A stretch of 64,000 bases of DNA from an uncultured delta proteobacterium (GTDB taxonomy: Bacteria; Desulfobacterota; Desulfobacteria; Desulfobacterales; UBA2156): positions 32,001 through 96,000 of the forward strand of contig CAVTQK010000015.1 of the NCBI GenBank assembly GCA_963736855.1. Reading direction: 5' to 3'. Shown here piece after piece: positions 29,932 to 40,098 of the stretch. Every line of letters begins with the position of its first letter. The first letter of the stretch is position 1. Position numbers and translations under genes: made by a program. The notes below the pieces were generated by a model. The model saw only the letters and a program-made list of their open reading frames with translations. It was not told where the DNA came from and searched no databases.

Positions 29932-31851
29932 TCATTTCAGACAGCTTTCCACATTAGAAAGCAGCCCTTTGGTCGTCCATCGGAACTTGTCCATGAACAG
30001 CCGGTCGCTTAAGAAATATTCCTTTTTCTTCTGACGATCCAGATAATCTGAAAATTGCTGGGGTCCGCCGTTATACATGGCATAGACGACGCCGGCGACG
30101 GTTTCCTCGGTCATGAGGTCTTTTTGCTTCATTTGTTTGAGTTTGGGGAGGGCGTACTTGAGGAAGTAAAGATCGAGGATTTCGCATCCGGCAGCTGCAT
30201 TGTAATGGATATTCCACATCAGCAGGTTTAAATCGTAAATTCCGCGCCAGGCCCGTCTGTTGACTTGCATGATCCCCACAGAGGTCTGGTTGTAGGAGAG
30301 CAAATAAGTGATCTTCCCGCTTTCCATGACGAACTGCCGAAAGCAACTCTCCTGCCAGGCTGTGGAAAGGGTTAGTCGCTTGTAGAAATCGTGGTAGACA
30401 CGAGGCAGGGCGCTTTTTTTCAACAACGCCGAGGAGGCATGGGTCAAGAGATGTTCAACCTTCTGAATGTAAGATTCCGTTTCTCCGTCAGGGGGAAGCC
30501 AAATATCGAGGCGCGGGGATTTTGGTATCACTTTCTGGGTTTTTGCCCAGGCGGGTGCGACTGAAAAAAAAACCGACAGGACGGTCATGCTTCTTTCCCA
30601 TGGAGTCATGCTTGAGGTGTCTTGATTTAGGGGAACATCCGTTTCATCGGAGGGTCCGGTATCTTCTTCGAAATCCAAGGGGGGTGAAGCGGCAAGACCA
30701 AGGATTTCCCTGAGCTCCTGGCTGAATTGAAGACTATACTCCAAAAAGACCGGCTTTTTCCGACTGATTAGGCGTGCCAGCCGGATAAGGCCTTCCCGGC
30801 TGATCTCGATTCCCAGAGTCGGGCCGAGGCGATCCAGAGTTGCCAGGGCATCTGTCGCCGTGAAGAAGGCCAGGTAGGCCAATGTAAACTCCGAAGATTC
30901 GTGTCCGAGGTGGTTTCGAAAAACCGGAGAAAGCTTCTCCCAGGCTTTTACAAACTGCTCTCTCACGAGGTCTTTTTCCAGGGTTCTTTCAGTCAATTCC
31001 GTTGTGAATCGATAACGCGTGTCGAGGAGGGTTTCAAAGATCGTTTGGCGATCTTCCTCAGAAAGGGGTTTTCCGGAAAGAGACATGATCATGTAAACCA
31101 GGAAAGCGTCCCAGGTTTCCCAGTTTTCGATGATTTTTTTGATTTCTTTTTCCGATATAAAAATCGGCTTCTTTTTTGTCTTAATATCGTAAATTTCCTT
31201 TACATCCGCCAGGATATCGATTCGCACGGCCTGGGGTTCAATGCGTACATCCCCGAGGCGAAGACTTTTCAACAGTGCATCGATCCGGTCGGTTCTTTCT
31301 TCAGGTGCAACCGATGCAATGAACGATTTCATTTCATCGATGGGGGGTTTGAGATCCAGAACGATTCCGTCGATGTAATGGTGGATTTGCGTTTTAATCA
31401 GGTTCCAGACCATGTCGGTGACGGTTTGGAGCCGGTGTTTTTCATCATATATTTGAGAATCGACGGTCTGAAAGGTGAGTTTGAGATTCTGATGGTCCAC
31501 CTGAGGCCGAATGAGCAGCGTCAAATAGCCGACCCATTCGACGGGCATCAGGCAGTTGTTTCTAAAGAGGGCGCCTGTGCGGATCAGTGTCCGAGTCTCA
31601 CAACGCAACAACCCATTGGTTTCCGAAAAGACCGGGTCGGAAATACGGATGAAATTGCAGCCGTCCCCTTCATCCAGGACCACGGCGCTTTTACCAGGGC
31701 CTTTAAAAGCGTGGTAAACGACCAGGGACTCTAATAGCGGATAATCAATGGTGAGCGGAAGTGTGACGGCTTTCAGTTCGGTTCCGCCCGCCGCAGACAC
31801 CGCCAGAAGGATTGTGCAGAGACTTAAAATAAGAATTCGCAATCGCTTCAT
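29932..31851 (-). CDS. Secreted protein with C-terminal lytic transglycosylase (SLT) domain
   Basis: Signal peptide MKRLRILIL...; AWQESCF, GIMQVN, MYNGGP. Confidence 0.82.
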   Translation of the reverse strand: MKRLRILILSLCTILLAVSAAGGTELKAVTLPLTIDYPLLESLVVYHAFKGPGKSAVVLDEGDGCNFIRISDPVFSETNGLLRCETRTLIRTGALFRNNCLMPVEWVGYLTLLIRPQVDHQNLKLTFQTVDSQIYDEKHRLQTVTDMVWNLIKTQIHHYIDGIVLDLKPPIDEMKSFIASVAPEERTDRIDALLKSLRLGDVRIEPQAVRIDILADVKEIYDIKTKKKPIFISEKEIKKIIENWETWDAFLVYMIMSLSGKPLSEEDRQTIFETLLDTRYRFTTELTERTLEKDLVREQFVKAWEKLSPVFRNHLGHESSEFTLAYLAFFTATDALATLDRLGPTLGIEISREGLIRLARLISRKKPVFLEYSLQFSQELREILGLAASPPLDFEEDTGPSDETDVPLNQDTSSMTPWERSMTVLSVFFSVAPAWAKTQKVIPKSPRLDIWLPPDGETESYIQKVEHLLTHASSALLKKSALPRVYHDFYKRLTLSTAWQESCFRQFVMESGKITYLLSYNQTSVGIMQVNRRAWRGIYDLNLLMWNIHYNAAAGCEILDLYFLKYALPKLKQMKQKDLMTEETVAGVVYAMYNGGPQQFSDYLDRQKKKEYFLSDRLFMDKFRWTTKGLLSNVESCLK

Positions 31852-31859
31852 GAGGGGGC

Positions 31860-33128
31860 TCACAACCTCTGTGATAGATAGATATAGGCCGGCAGTCGAA
31901 CGGAACGCTTCAGTTTGTTGAAACAAGCCAGCGCCTCCGTTTTGGATTCCCGGCGGTCCAGGGGCGAAAAATAAAGGGCACCCTTGCCGAAAGACCGGTT
32001 CATGGTGTTTTGTGCAAAATTCAGCAACGACGGCAAATGGTCGGGAGGAAGGCGTTTCCCCAGGACGATGTTGGCGGTGATTTCGATATTCGGATACCGT
32101 TGATTAACCTCCAACATGCGTAAAAATGCCTCCTTGACCCGTGATACATCAACCGGTTTTTTTAACAACGCCAGGGTTTCAGGGTCCATGGATTCGAGAC
32201 CGAGATTGATGTAGGTGCGATAAGGGAGTCGGTTCAGGCTTTCAAACAGGGATTCCTCGGCCTTGAGCATGGCATCAACGCTGCCGAAAAGAAACAGCCA
32301 CGCATCCTTCAGGTACGATCGATCCAGTTCGAAGATATCGCAGGCATTTTCGGCGGCAAATATCAAAAGCTCTTTTCCGACCAAAAGGGCGTCATGCTGG
32401 CCTAAAAATACCGCATTGTAATTGGGAAGATCTTGGTCCAGAAACACCTTCATCCGTAACATTTGGGCCATAATGGCATTTTTACTCAGAGGTGTAAACG
32501 TATCCCGGGTTTTGAACCTGCAAAATCCGCAATGATAAAGGCAGCCCCGTGCTATGACGACCGGGATTACCGCATAATCGACATGGCGGGTATCCGGAGG
32601 AAGGATGGTAATCTTTTCACCGAGAATCCGATGGAAGCGCTCGGATCGATGCTTTAATGCGGCCTCGTTTGCGGTTGAGGCTTTCCGCAAAAAAGCCTTC
32701 AAGGGGAGCGGGAGATCCTGTCGGCTTAAAGTGTCGAGTTTTTCAAACAAAGGGTTCAGCCCGGACAGGGCATCTCGGACTGAGGGGGATACAAAGGGGC
32801 TATACCTGAAAAAGGGATTCTCATCGTAACTCAGACAAGGAAAATAATATTCTCCTGTGATATCAAAAATGTCGTTGTAGCTGCCGACGGAATAATAAAT
32901 CCAGTCGTTTCCCATGGTGCGTTTCAGCCATTCCGCTGGATGCGGCCAATCCCGATGGCGACCCTGAATGTATTTGATCTCTGCGTTGAGGTTGAACTGG
33001 ATCAGGTGTTTAGAAGTTCGAATTTCGTGGTATTGGCCGTGGCGCATGGGCACGCTGAGTTTAATATATTCGCGGACCCCTTCGCGGTTTAAAAATATGC
33101 TCAAATCATCGAAGGCGTACGCTGTCAT
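31860..33128 (-). CDS. Radical SAM protein with uncharacterised N-terminal domain
   Basis: CLYHCGFC motif, YINLGLES. Confidence 0.85.
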   Translation of the reverse strand: MTAYAFDDLSIFLNREGVREYIKLSVPMRHGQYHEIRTSKHLIQFNLNAEIKYIQGRHRDWPHPAEWLKRTMGNDWIYYSVGSYNDIFDITGEYYFPCLSYDENPFFRYSPFVSPSVRDALSGLNPLFEKLDTLSRQDLPLPLKAFLRKASTANEAALKHRSERFHRILGEKITILPPDTRHVDYAVIPVVIARGCLYHCGFCRFKTRDTFTPLSKNAIMAQMLRMKVFLDQDLPNYNAVFLGQHDALLVGKELLIFAAENACDIFELDRSYLKDAWLFLFGSVDAMLKAEESLFESLNRLPYRTYINLGLESMDPETLALLKKPVDVSRVKEAFLRMLEVNQRYPNIEITANIVLGKRLPPDHLPSLLNFAQNTMNRSFGKGALYFSPLDRRESKTEALACFNKLKRSVRLPAYIYLSQRL

Positions 33129-33188
33129 AGGCGCAGTTTTTTTGCTTCATTGCCGCCCGGTTTTATCCAGGATTTCTGTAATCCGATA

Positions 33189-33824
33189 TCAACCGGCATG
33201 CGTCGGCGTACCGTTGAGGATCGCTTCAAGGTCTTCCATGCGGTGGAGGTGATAGTCGGCGGACAGTGCCGCATTTTTATAGGCAATGAAGAAGACCCCA
33301 GCACCTTCAGCGGCTCGCGCATCGACATCCGAGTCCCCGACGTAGACGACCTGTCGGGGATCGGTCTGAAAATAAGTTAAAATCTTTTGCAGCTGCTCGG
33401 GGTGAGGTTTTGGGTTGACGACATCCCGGGCGCAAACGATCAGATCAAAATGGCCTGTCAGACCGTGCGATTTGATGACCGCATCCATGGTATCGGTGCG
33501 GTTGGTGGCGATGGCCGTCTTATAACGGGGCCTAAGTCGGGAAAGAAGTGGGAGCAGTCCTTTTTCCATTTCCATTTCCTGGATAAACGGACGGTAATCC
33601 ATCTGTCTGCGGAAGCGCTCCGCCGCTTGATGTTCCTCGTCGTCGGGAAACAGATAACGCATGGATGCCGCCACCGCATGTTTGTGCACGAATGCGAATT
33701 GTTCGGCTGTTATTTCCGGCTTTCCCAGGTGCTGGAGGACCGAGTTGTAATAGGCCCTATTGGCTCGATCGGTGTTGAAGAGGACTCCGTCACAATCAAA
33801 GACAACGATCTTGATACCTTTCAT
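33189..33824 (-). CDS. HAD-superfamily hydrolase (phosphoglycolate phosphatase-like)
   Basis: FDCDGVL, ATNR, KPHP, YVGDS..D; start overlaps the upstream stop (ATGA). Confidence 0.92.
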   Translation of the reverse strand: MKGIKIVVFDCDGVLFNTDRANRAYYNSVLQHLGKPEITAEQFAFVHKHAVAASMRYLFPDDEEHQAAERFRRQMDYRPFIQEMEMEKGLLPLLSRLRPRYKTAIATNRTDTMDAVIKSHGLTGHFDLIVCARDVVNPKPHPEQLQKILTYFQTDPRQVVYVGDSDVDARAAEGAGVFFIAYKNAALSADYHLHRMEDLEAILNGTPTHAG

Positions 33825-34561
33825 TGAGTTGTTTCTTCTTTTCCAGGCAGAGGATCGGACAGCTCTCCATAGACCCATATCCGGATCTCCGGGCGCATGT
33901 TCAGGTCGGTGGGAAAGACGACGACTTCATGATAAGTCCCTTTGGCAGCCTGGTTGTTGATAACCGTCAGCAGGTATTCTTCGGTCGTTTCGCTTTGGAT
34001 TTTCTCCAGGGAATAGGTGACGTTTTTACCCTTGGCATCGGCGAGTTCCGCAAGGGTGAATGGATATTTTTTCTCGGGAATGATGCGGACTGTACCCTTG
34101 ATGGGAAAGCCTGCCGGTCCTCGCAAAATGATCCTGGCCGGTGTGATGGAAGCGAACTTTTCAACGGTTCCTTCGATAACGAAGGCGATATAGGGTTTAT
34201 GGGTGTCGTTGGTGGAAATAATCACCTGCTTGGCCACCCGTCTGCCGCCGTAGCCATAAGTGTTGATTTTTACGGTGATCTGTCCCTCGCCGCCGGGAGG
34301 GATTTGCCTCGAATACGAGGCCGCCGTACACCCTCAGTCTGTTCTGACGTTGAATATTTTCAGTTCTTCGTTTCCCTTGTTGAAAATCTTGAATTGGTGG
34401 TCCACCTCAAGGCCCTCAAGGACGGTGCGGAACACGTGCTTTGGGTTAGGTGCGACCGCATCGGGTCCTTTCAATGCAGGGGAATCTTTTGCAAAAACGG
34501 TTTGAATCGTCAAAATGGCTAATAATGCCGCCAAAATCAGCATGGTTTTTTTTACTTGCAT
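33821..34561 (-). CDS. Secreted DUF1573/Ig-like protein, probable selenoprotein (TGA codon 76 at 34334-34336)
   Basis: Track ORFs 34334-34561 and 33821-34237 are in one frame, joined by TGA + 32 sense codons: F.N.G...L.I.NVRTD-U-GCTAASYSRQIPPGGEGQITV. Confidence 0.82.
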
Positions 34562-34744
34562 TCAACAGGCTCCTTATCCGGTGAAGCATTCATCGTAGAC
34601 AGGCTATACGGCTTCAACTTCCTTTTCTTTTTATCTTTACCAATAAAGAGTGGATCTGACAAGGCTGTCTTTGATCTTTATTTTCCGACAGATACCTTCC
34701 GCCGGTTGGAAACTTGCGCCCTCTGACCCGAGCCTTGAACCGGA

Positions 34745-37204
34745 TCACATTAGGTCATAGGGATCCACGTCGATGATCACCTGGACGCCGGGAGGCGGAC
34801 GCATTCCCTTGCCATGGATCATCAAATCCGAAACAAACCGATTCAGTGTGGAGACTTTCCGGCTTTTTAAAAGGATATGCCATCGGAATCGGCCGGCGAT
34901 TTTAGAAAGCGGTGCTTCTATGGGACCCAATACCATTAATTCTTGCATACGGGCTTTGGTTCCGGTTTTCAGGCCGCGACACGCCGATCCCAGCTCCACG
35001 GCCCACTTTCGGGTCTTGTCCACATCTTTCCCCGATACCTTGAAGGCGATGATACGGGAAAACGGCGGATAGTCTAAAGACTTGCGGAACCGAATCTCCT
35101 GGTTATAAAAACGTTTAAAATCCTGGTCTCTGGCTGAGATAATGCTGAAATGGTCGGGGTTGAAGGTCTGAAGGATCACCCGGCCGGGTTGATCACCGCG
35201 GCCGGCCCTGCCGGAGACTTGGGCGAGTACCTGGAAGGTCCGTTCCGATGCCCTGAAGTCGGGGAAATTCAAAGATGAATCCGCGCAGATGATCCCCACC
35301 AGGGTGATATTCGGGAAATCGTGGCCCTTGGCGACGATCTGCGTGCCGATCAGGATATCGATAGCTCCGGTTTTCAACTCCGTCAGCAGTGACAGAAGTG
35401 ATCCTTTCTTTCGCGTGGTGTCCCGGTCCATCCGAGCCACATTCGCCTCAGGAAACAGGGTCTTAACGGCGGCTTCCAGTTTTTCTGTGCCCATTCCCAA
35501 GTTTTTAATCGTTCCGGACCCGCAAAGATCGCACGGACCGTCGGCCTGCCGGGTGTATCCACAATAATGGCAGACATGGAGGTTGTCGCCTTTATGATAG
35601 GTCAAAGAGATATCGCAGTGTCGGCAGGTGACCGGCTTCCCGCAAACCATACAAATCGGAAAACCGGCGAACCCCCGGCGATTGAGAAAAAGGAGGACCT
35701 GCTCGCCCTTGTCGAGGGTTTGTTTCATGGCGCTGACAAGCGCATCCGTTAAATGGCGACGGGCGCCGCGTCGGTGTCGGGATTCCTTTAAATCCACCAC
35801 CGTCACTTCCGGAAGCTTTCGCTCTTCAATTCGGCCGGGTAACTCCAAACCAACGAACTTCCGGGCTCGGACGTTAAAGTGGGACTGAATCGACGGAGTT
35901 GCGGATCCCAAAAGCGCGATGCTCTTTCCGAGCATGGCCCGAACCACCGCCAGATCCCTGGCCTGGTAGTGGAGGTCCGTTTCCTGTTTGTAGGATGTGT
36001 CATGCTCCTCGTCGACGATGATCAGACCGATGCGTTTGAGAGGGGCAAAAACAGCCGATCTGGCACCGATGGTCAGATGAGCGTCTCCTTTGAGGATGCG
36101 CATCCACTGGTCGCGGCGTTCACCCTTAGACAGGCCGCTGTGCAGTACTGCCACCTGGTTGCCGAATCGCGCCCGAAAGCGCCTTTCCGTCTGGGATATC
36201 AGGGCGATCTCAGGGACCAGGATCAGGGTGGATTGGCCACGGTTCAGGGCTTCCGCCGCCAGATGCATATACACCTCGGTTTTTCCGCTTCCGGTCACTC
36301 CTGCGAGCAGGAAGGTCTGATACCCCTTTCCCATAGCCGAAAGGACCGCTGTAACTGCGCTTTCCTGGGAATCGGTCAAACGAAGCTCCCGATCCGGTGC
36401 GACAGGTTCACCGAAGGGGTCCCGATAAGCTGTTTTGGAATAGACCCGTATCCAGCCCTCCCTTTCCAGAGATGGGATCAGGCGTGAAGCATTCCGGACA
36501 ATATCAAAAAGCGCTCGAACCGGTGCCTCCTTGAGATCTTCGAGGGCGGAAAGGATTTGTTTCTTAGCCTTGGAAATCTTGCTTGTGGATGGGAGCGGAT
36601 TGACCAGAGCGACGTATCGTTCCTGTTTGACCCCTACGGGCCCTTTGAGCACCTTTTCCTTTTGGATCCAGCCGAGATTTTTCAGGGGGTGTAACCGGGC
36701 TTCTCGAAAGCGATTCTTCAGGATCTGCTTAAAAGTGGTGGGCTTCACAGGGCCGGTTTTCAAAAGGCCTAATATGTGCAGGTCCTCCGGATTCGCATCC
36801 CCGGATTCCAGAATGCTGCGCCCTTTTTCAGTCAGAGAAACCATGTCCAGATCATGCACGGCGATGCCGGATGGAAGGGCGCACGCGACGACTTCTCCTA
36901 CAGGGTGCAGGTAATATTCGGAGATCCATTTGAAAAACGGGACCATATCCGACGGAAAGAGAGGAAGCGGGTCCAGCACATCCAGAATCGACTTGATCTC
37001 GAGAGATTCGATGCTTTCAGAGGTTCCCAGGATATATCCGCTCAGACGCCGCCGGCCAAAGGGAACCAGGACCTTTACCCCCGGTTCAACGGCTCCTATG
37101 GAAGCGTTGGGAATCCGGTAGGTAAAGGTCTGGTGAACCGGAAGAGGAATCGCGACCTCGACGAAGGTTGATCCAGGATGTTCGGGTTTTTTCTTGACTT
37201 GCAT
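34745..37204 (-). CDS. priA: Primosomal protein N'
   Basis: GVTGSGKTEVY, DEEHD, SATPS, LNRRG, four CxxC pairs, QVSGRAGR. Confidence 0.97.
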   Translation of the reverse strand: MQVKKKPEHPGSTFVEVAIPLPVHQTFTYRIPNASIGAVEPGVKVLVPFGRRRLSGYILGTSESIESLEIKSILDVLDPLPLFPSDMVPFFKWISEYYLHPVGEVVACALPSGIAVHDLDMVSLTEKGRSILESGDANPEDLHILGLLKTGPVKPTTFKQILKNRFREARLHPLKNLGWIQKEKVLKGPVGVKQERYVALVNPLPSTSKISKAKKQILSALEDLKEAPVRALFDIVRNASRLIPSLEREGWIRVYSKTAYRDPFGEPVAPDRELRLTDSQESAVTAVLSAMGKGYQTFLLAGVTGSGKTEVYMHLAAEALNRGQSTLILVPEIALISQTERRFRARFGNQVAVLHSGLSKGERRDQWMRILKGDAHLTIGARSAVFAPLKRIGLIIVDEEHDTSYKQETDLHYQARDLAVVRAMLGKSIALLGSATPSIQSHFNVRARKFVGLELPGRIEERKLPEVTVVDLKESRHRRGARRHLTDALVSAMKQTLDKGEQVLLFLNRRGFAGFPICMVCGKPVTCRHCDISLTYHKGDNLHVCHYCGYTRQADGPCDLCGSGTIKNLGMGTEKLEAAVKTLFPEANVARMDRDTTRKKGSLLSLLTELKTGAIDILIGTQIVAKGHDFPNITLVGIICADSSLNFPDFRASERTFQVLAQVSGRAGRGDQPGRVILQTFNPDHFSIISARDQDFKRFYNQEIRFRKSLDYPPFSRIIAFKVSGKDVDKTRKWAVELGSACRGLKTGTKARMQELMVLGPIEAPLSKIAGRFRWHILLKSRKVSTLNRFVSDLMIHGKGMRPPPGVQVIIDVDPYDLM

Positions 37205-37296
37205 CAGTGGATCTCTTAGCAATCCTTTATGGCTTTATAACCGAAAAGATTCCACTCTTTTATCCGGGAAGGCATATTTCTTTGGACCTTTGTCTT

Positions 37297-37405
37297 AATG
37301 GCTTTGTAAAAAGCCGAAAATGAACCGTATTCCAGGTAATTCGAACGGTTAGAAAAAGCCTGGACCCCGGTTTTAAACGGGGCCGACAACTTTTACGAAA
37401 TCATC
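37297..37405. mobile_element. MITE-like element copy C (109 bp, degenerate)
   Basis: AATGGCTTTGTAAAAAG ... ACTTTTACGAAATCATC termini; no intact target duplication. Confidence 0.65.
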
Positions 37406-37504
37406 AACCAGTAATGGTTCAAGAAACGAAATATTGGCATAAACGGGCAAAAGAATCCATGGTTCTTATAAATACTCCTATCCAGAATCGAGATCGAGAC
37501 CTCT

Positions 37505-38197
37505 ATGGATTCGCGCTATTTGCAACCTACCGCCATCATCGATAGCGACCATGCGGCCATCCGCCGATATGCGGATGAAACCGTCGGGGGAATCGGCGAT
37601 GACGCGAAAGCCAAAGCCGTGCGTCTTTATTACCGCGTGCGGGATGAAATCTGGTACGATCCATACACCCCCTTTTATCGCCCGGAACATTATCGCGCCA
37701 GTTTCATCCTTTTGCGCCAGAGGGGATTTTGCGTACCCAAGGCTTCCCTTCTGTGTGCGCTGGGAAGGGCATGCGGGATCCCCACGCGGATCGGGTTTGC
37801 CACCGTTCGCAATCATCTGGCCACACGCCAGTTGATCGATTACATCGGAACGGACCTGTTCGTCTACCACGGTTATGTGGAGTTTTATCTAAACGGGGCA
37901 TGGATTAAAGCAACCCCGGCATTCAATAAACAGCTCTGTCGGAGACATAATGTGGAACCCCTCGAATTCGACGGCAACCGGGATTCTATTTTTCAGCCTT
38001 ATAATAGCAATAATCAGCTATTCATGGAATACGTGGCCGATCACGGGACCTTTGCCGATATTCCGGTTGAAGAGATTATTTCCGCCTGGAAAAAAGCCTA
38101 TGGTGAAGATCGGATGAATCGTTGGATTGCCGAGTTTGAAGAAAATCAAGGCGTTTTGCATAGAAACTTTTTAAAGGAAGATGTGGTGAAAGATTAA
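37505..38197 (+). CDS. Transglutaminase-like domain protein
   Basis: YLQPT.IID.DH, GFCVPKA.L.CAL.RA.GIP.R, HG, W.KATP. Confidence 0.9.
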   Translation: MDSRYLQPTAIIDSDHAAIRRYADETVGGIGDDAKAKAVRLYYRVRDEIWYDPYTPFYRPEHYRASFILLRQRGFCVPKASLLCALGRACGIPTRIGFATVRNHLATRQLIDYIGTDLFVYHGYVEFYLNGAWIKATPAFNKQLCRRHNVEPLEFDGNRDSIFQPYNSNNQLFMEYVADHGTFADIPVEEIISAWKKAYGEDRMNRWIAEFEENQGVLHRNFLKEDVVKD

Positions 38198-38491
38198 AAG
38201 ATGATTGACATCGACCTGCGGAATCCGCTGCGCCTGACGGCCACGCTGAGATCTTGACCCGGATAACCATTTTCCGGTATTCCACATTCTCCCTGCCCTG
38301 GCGCATATCAAAGGGTTTATCCATGTGATCCAATCCCAGAAGAAAGCCAAGTGGGCGGGATGAGGAGTGCCCATACCCCTCTTTCAGCAGTCAGGGTTGT
38401 TCGAAGTCCCTGAAGCAGATTTTTAGAATTCGGAAGACCATTATCAGTTTGTAATGCTTTCCAATAATGGTTCGTTTTGACGAAGGAAATC

Positions 38492-39772
38492 ATGACGAAG
38501 GATACCTGTAATACGATCCGGGATCCACACCGGTGGGTGGTATTTTTAACCATCTGCCTGGTTTACTTCTTCGTGTATTTTCACCGGGTCTCCACATCGG
38601 TGATTGTATCGGATCTAGTGGAAACATTTAAAATCGATGCCACCGCATTGGGGTTCATGTCATCCATGTATTTTTACCTTTACGCGCTGGTCCAGCCCCT
38701 GGTCGGCCACCTGACGGACCGAATCGGCCCGCGGCGGGTGATCGGATGGTGGAGCATCACCGCCGCAGCAGGGTGTATCCTTTTCGGGTTGGCGCCGAGC
38801 ATCGGGTGGGCGACCGTTGGCCGGGGCCTCATCGGTTTCGGAGTCGCGGGGGTTTATGTGCCGGCTATCAAGGCTTTTTCCCTGTGGTTTCAAAAGAAGG
38901 ATTTTGCCACCATGGTCGGGTTTCTCTTGTCCGTGGGCAACTTGGGTGCTGTGATCGCCACCACACCCCTGGCATGGGCAGCCGGCACCTTTGGATGGCG
39001 TCCAACCTTTTTTCTCATCGGCGGAGTGACTCTGGCGCTGGCCCTGATCACGCTGTTCTTTACCCGGGATTATAAAAGCCCATCAACCGGAAATCCGGCG
39101 GTGGGTCCTCCGGTACCTGAAGAAAAGCCAGGGCCGCAGCCGGGCTTTCTCAAAGTGCTGGCATCTGTCGATTTCTGGATCATCGCTATGATTTTCTTCG
39201 GAATTTACGGCACGCTGGTGACCCTTCAGGGGCTTTGGGCCACCCAGTTTCTGATGACGATCCTCAATGTGGACCGGATCTACGCCAGCAACCTCAACAT
39301 GGTGATTCCCATCGGCGTCATCATCGGCGCTCCCGCAATCGGTTGGTTCAGCGATCGCTTTTCTCTAAAAAAGGAAAAGGTCTTGATCGGAATCGTGGTC
39401 GTTTATGCCCTGACATGGGCGGGGATTCTTTTTTTCGGCGCTTCTCTTCGAGCATTCGGCATGGCAGCGGTTTTCATGGTGATGGGAATGGCTATAGGCG
39501 GGTTCATCACTGTACTCTGGGGGCTTGTCCGGGAAACTACGCCCTCAGGAATCCTGGGGTTGACTTCGGGCATGCTCAATCCCGCCCCGTTTTTCGGCGT
39601 GGCCGCCTTCCAGGTTCTAACCGGCGCGATTCTGGATCGGGCTGGGAGAATCAACAACCTTTACTCACTGTCAGGTTTTAAAAGCGCATTTTTGGCGTGT
39701 CTGGCCTGCATCCTAATCTGTCTGGTTCTGTCGATTTATTTACAAAGACGCATCGGACGCAGATCCTCCTGA
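38492..39772 (+). CDS. MFS transporter
   Basis: About 12 TM segments, G.L.DRIGPRR motif A, FGWR. Confidence 0.92.
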   Translation: MTKDTCNTIRDPHRWVVFLTICLVYFFVYFHRVSTSVIVSDLVETFKIDATALGFMSSMYFYLYALVQPLVGHLTDRIGPRRVIGWWSITAAAGCILFGLAPSIGWATVGRGLIGFGVAGVYVPAIKAFSLWFQKKDFATMVGFLLSVGNLGAVIATTPLAWAAGTFGWRPTFFLIGGVTLALALITLFFTRDYKSPSTGNPAVGPPVPEEKPGPQPGFLKVLASVDFWIIAMIFFGIYGTLVTLQGLWATQFLMTILNVDRIYASNLNMVIPIGVIIGAPAIGWFSDRFSLKKEKVLIGIVVVYALTWAGILFFGASLRAFGMAAVFMVMGMAIGGFITVLWGLVRETTPSGILGLTSGMLNPAPFFGVAAFQVLTGAILDRAGRINNLYSLSGFKSAFLACLACILICLVLSIYLQRRIGRRSS

Positions 39773-40098
39773 AGTGAAAATTATCTGATCAAGTTACATT
39801 TTTCAAAAAGTTCCGGGCAGTTCTATATCTTGTATAAAAGACCGATAACCGTTTTTAGTTTTTCTTGATCTACATGGTTAGAAGATTCCGATCACTTCGT
39901 TCAGCTTTTTCACCAGTTGCCCATACCCTTCATGAATAAAAGCCCCAAGCTGAGCAATGAGGGAATACGCAAAAGCAAATTACGTAACGGTACACGGCAG
40001 TTGTGAAACGGCTGACAATGAATAGTGATTTACTTTTATTTCAAAACCGATACCCCCTTGTCTTGCCTTCAATCATCATTACTGTGACCAACGGCATC

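Noticed and set aside
38200..38400. Possible minus-strand gene remnant (AHLAFFWDW / HMDKPFDMRQGRENVEY)
   Set aside because: Protein-like but fragmented and not assignable without a search
39780..39960. Possible decayed coding fragment downstream of the MFS gene
   Set aside because: Multiple stops; no recognisable family
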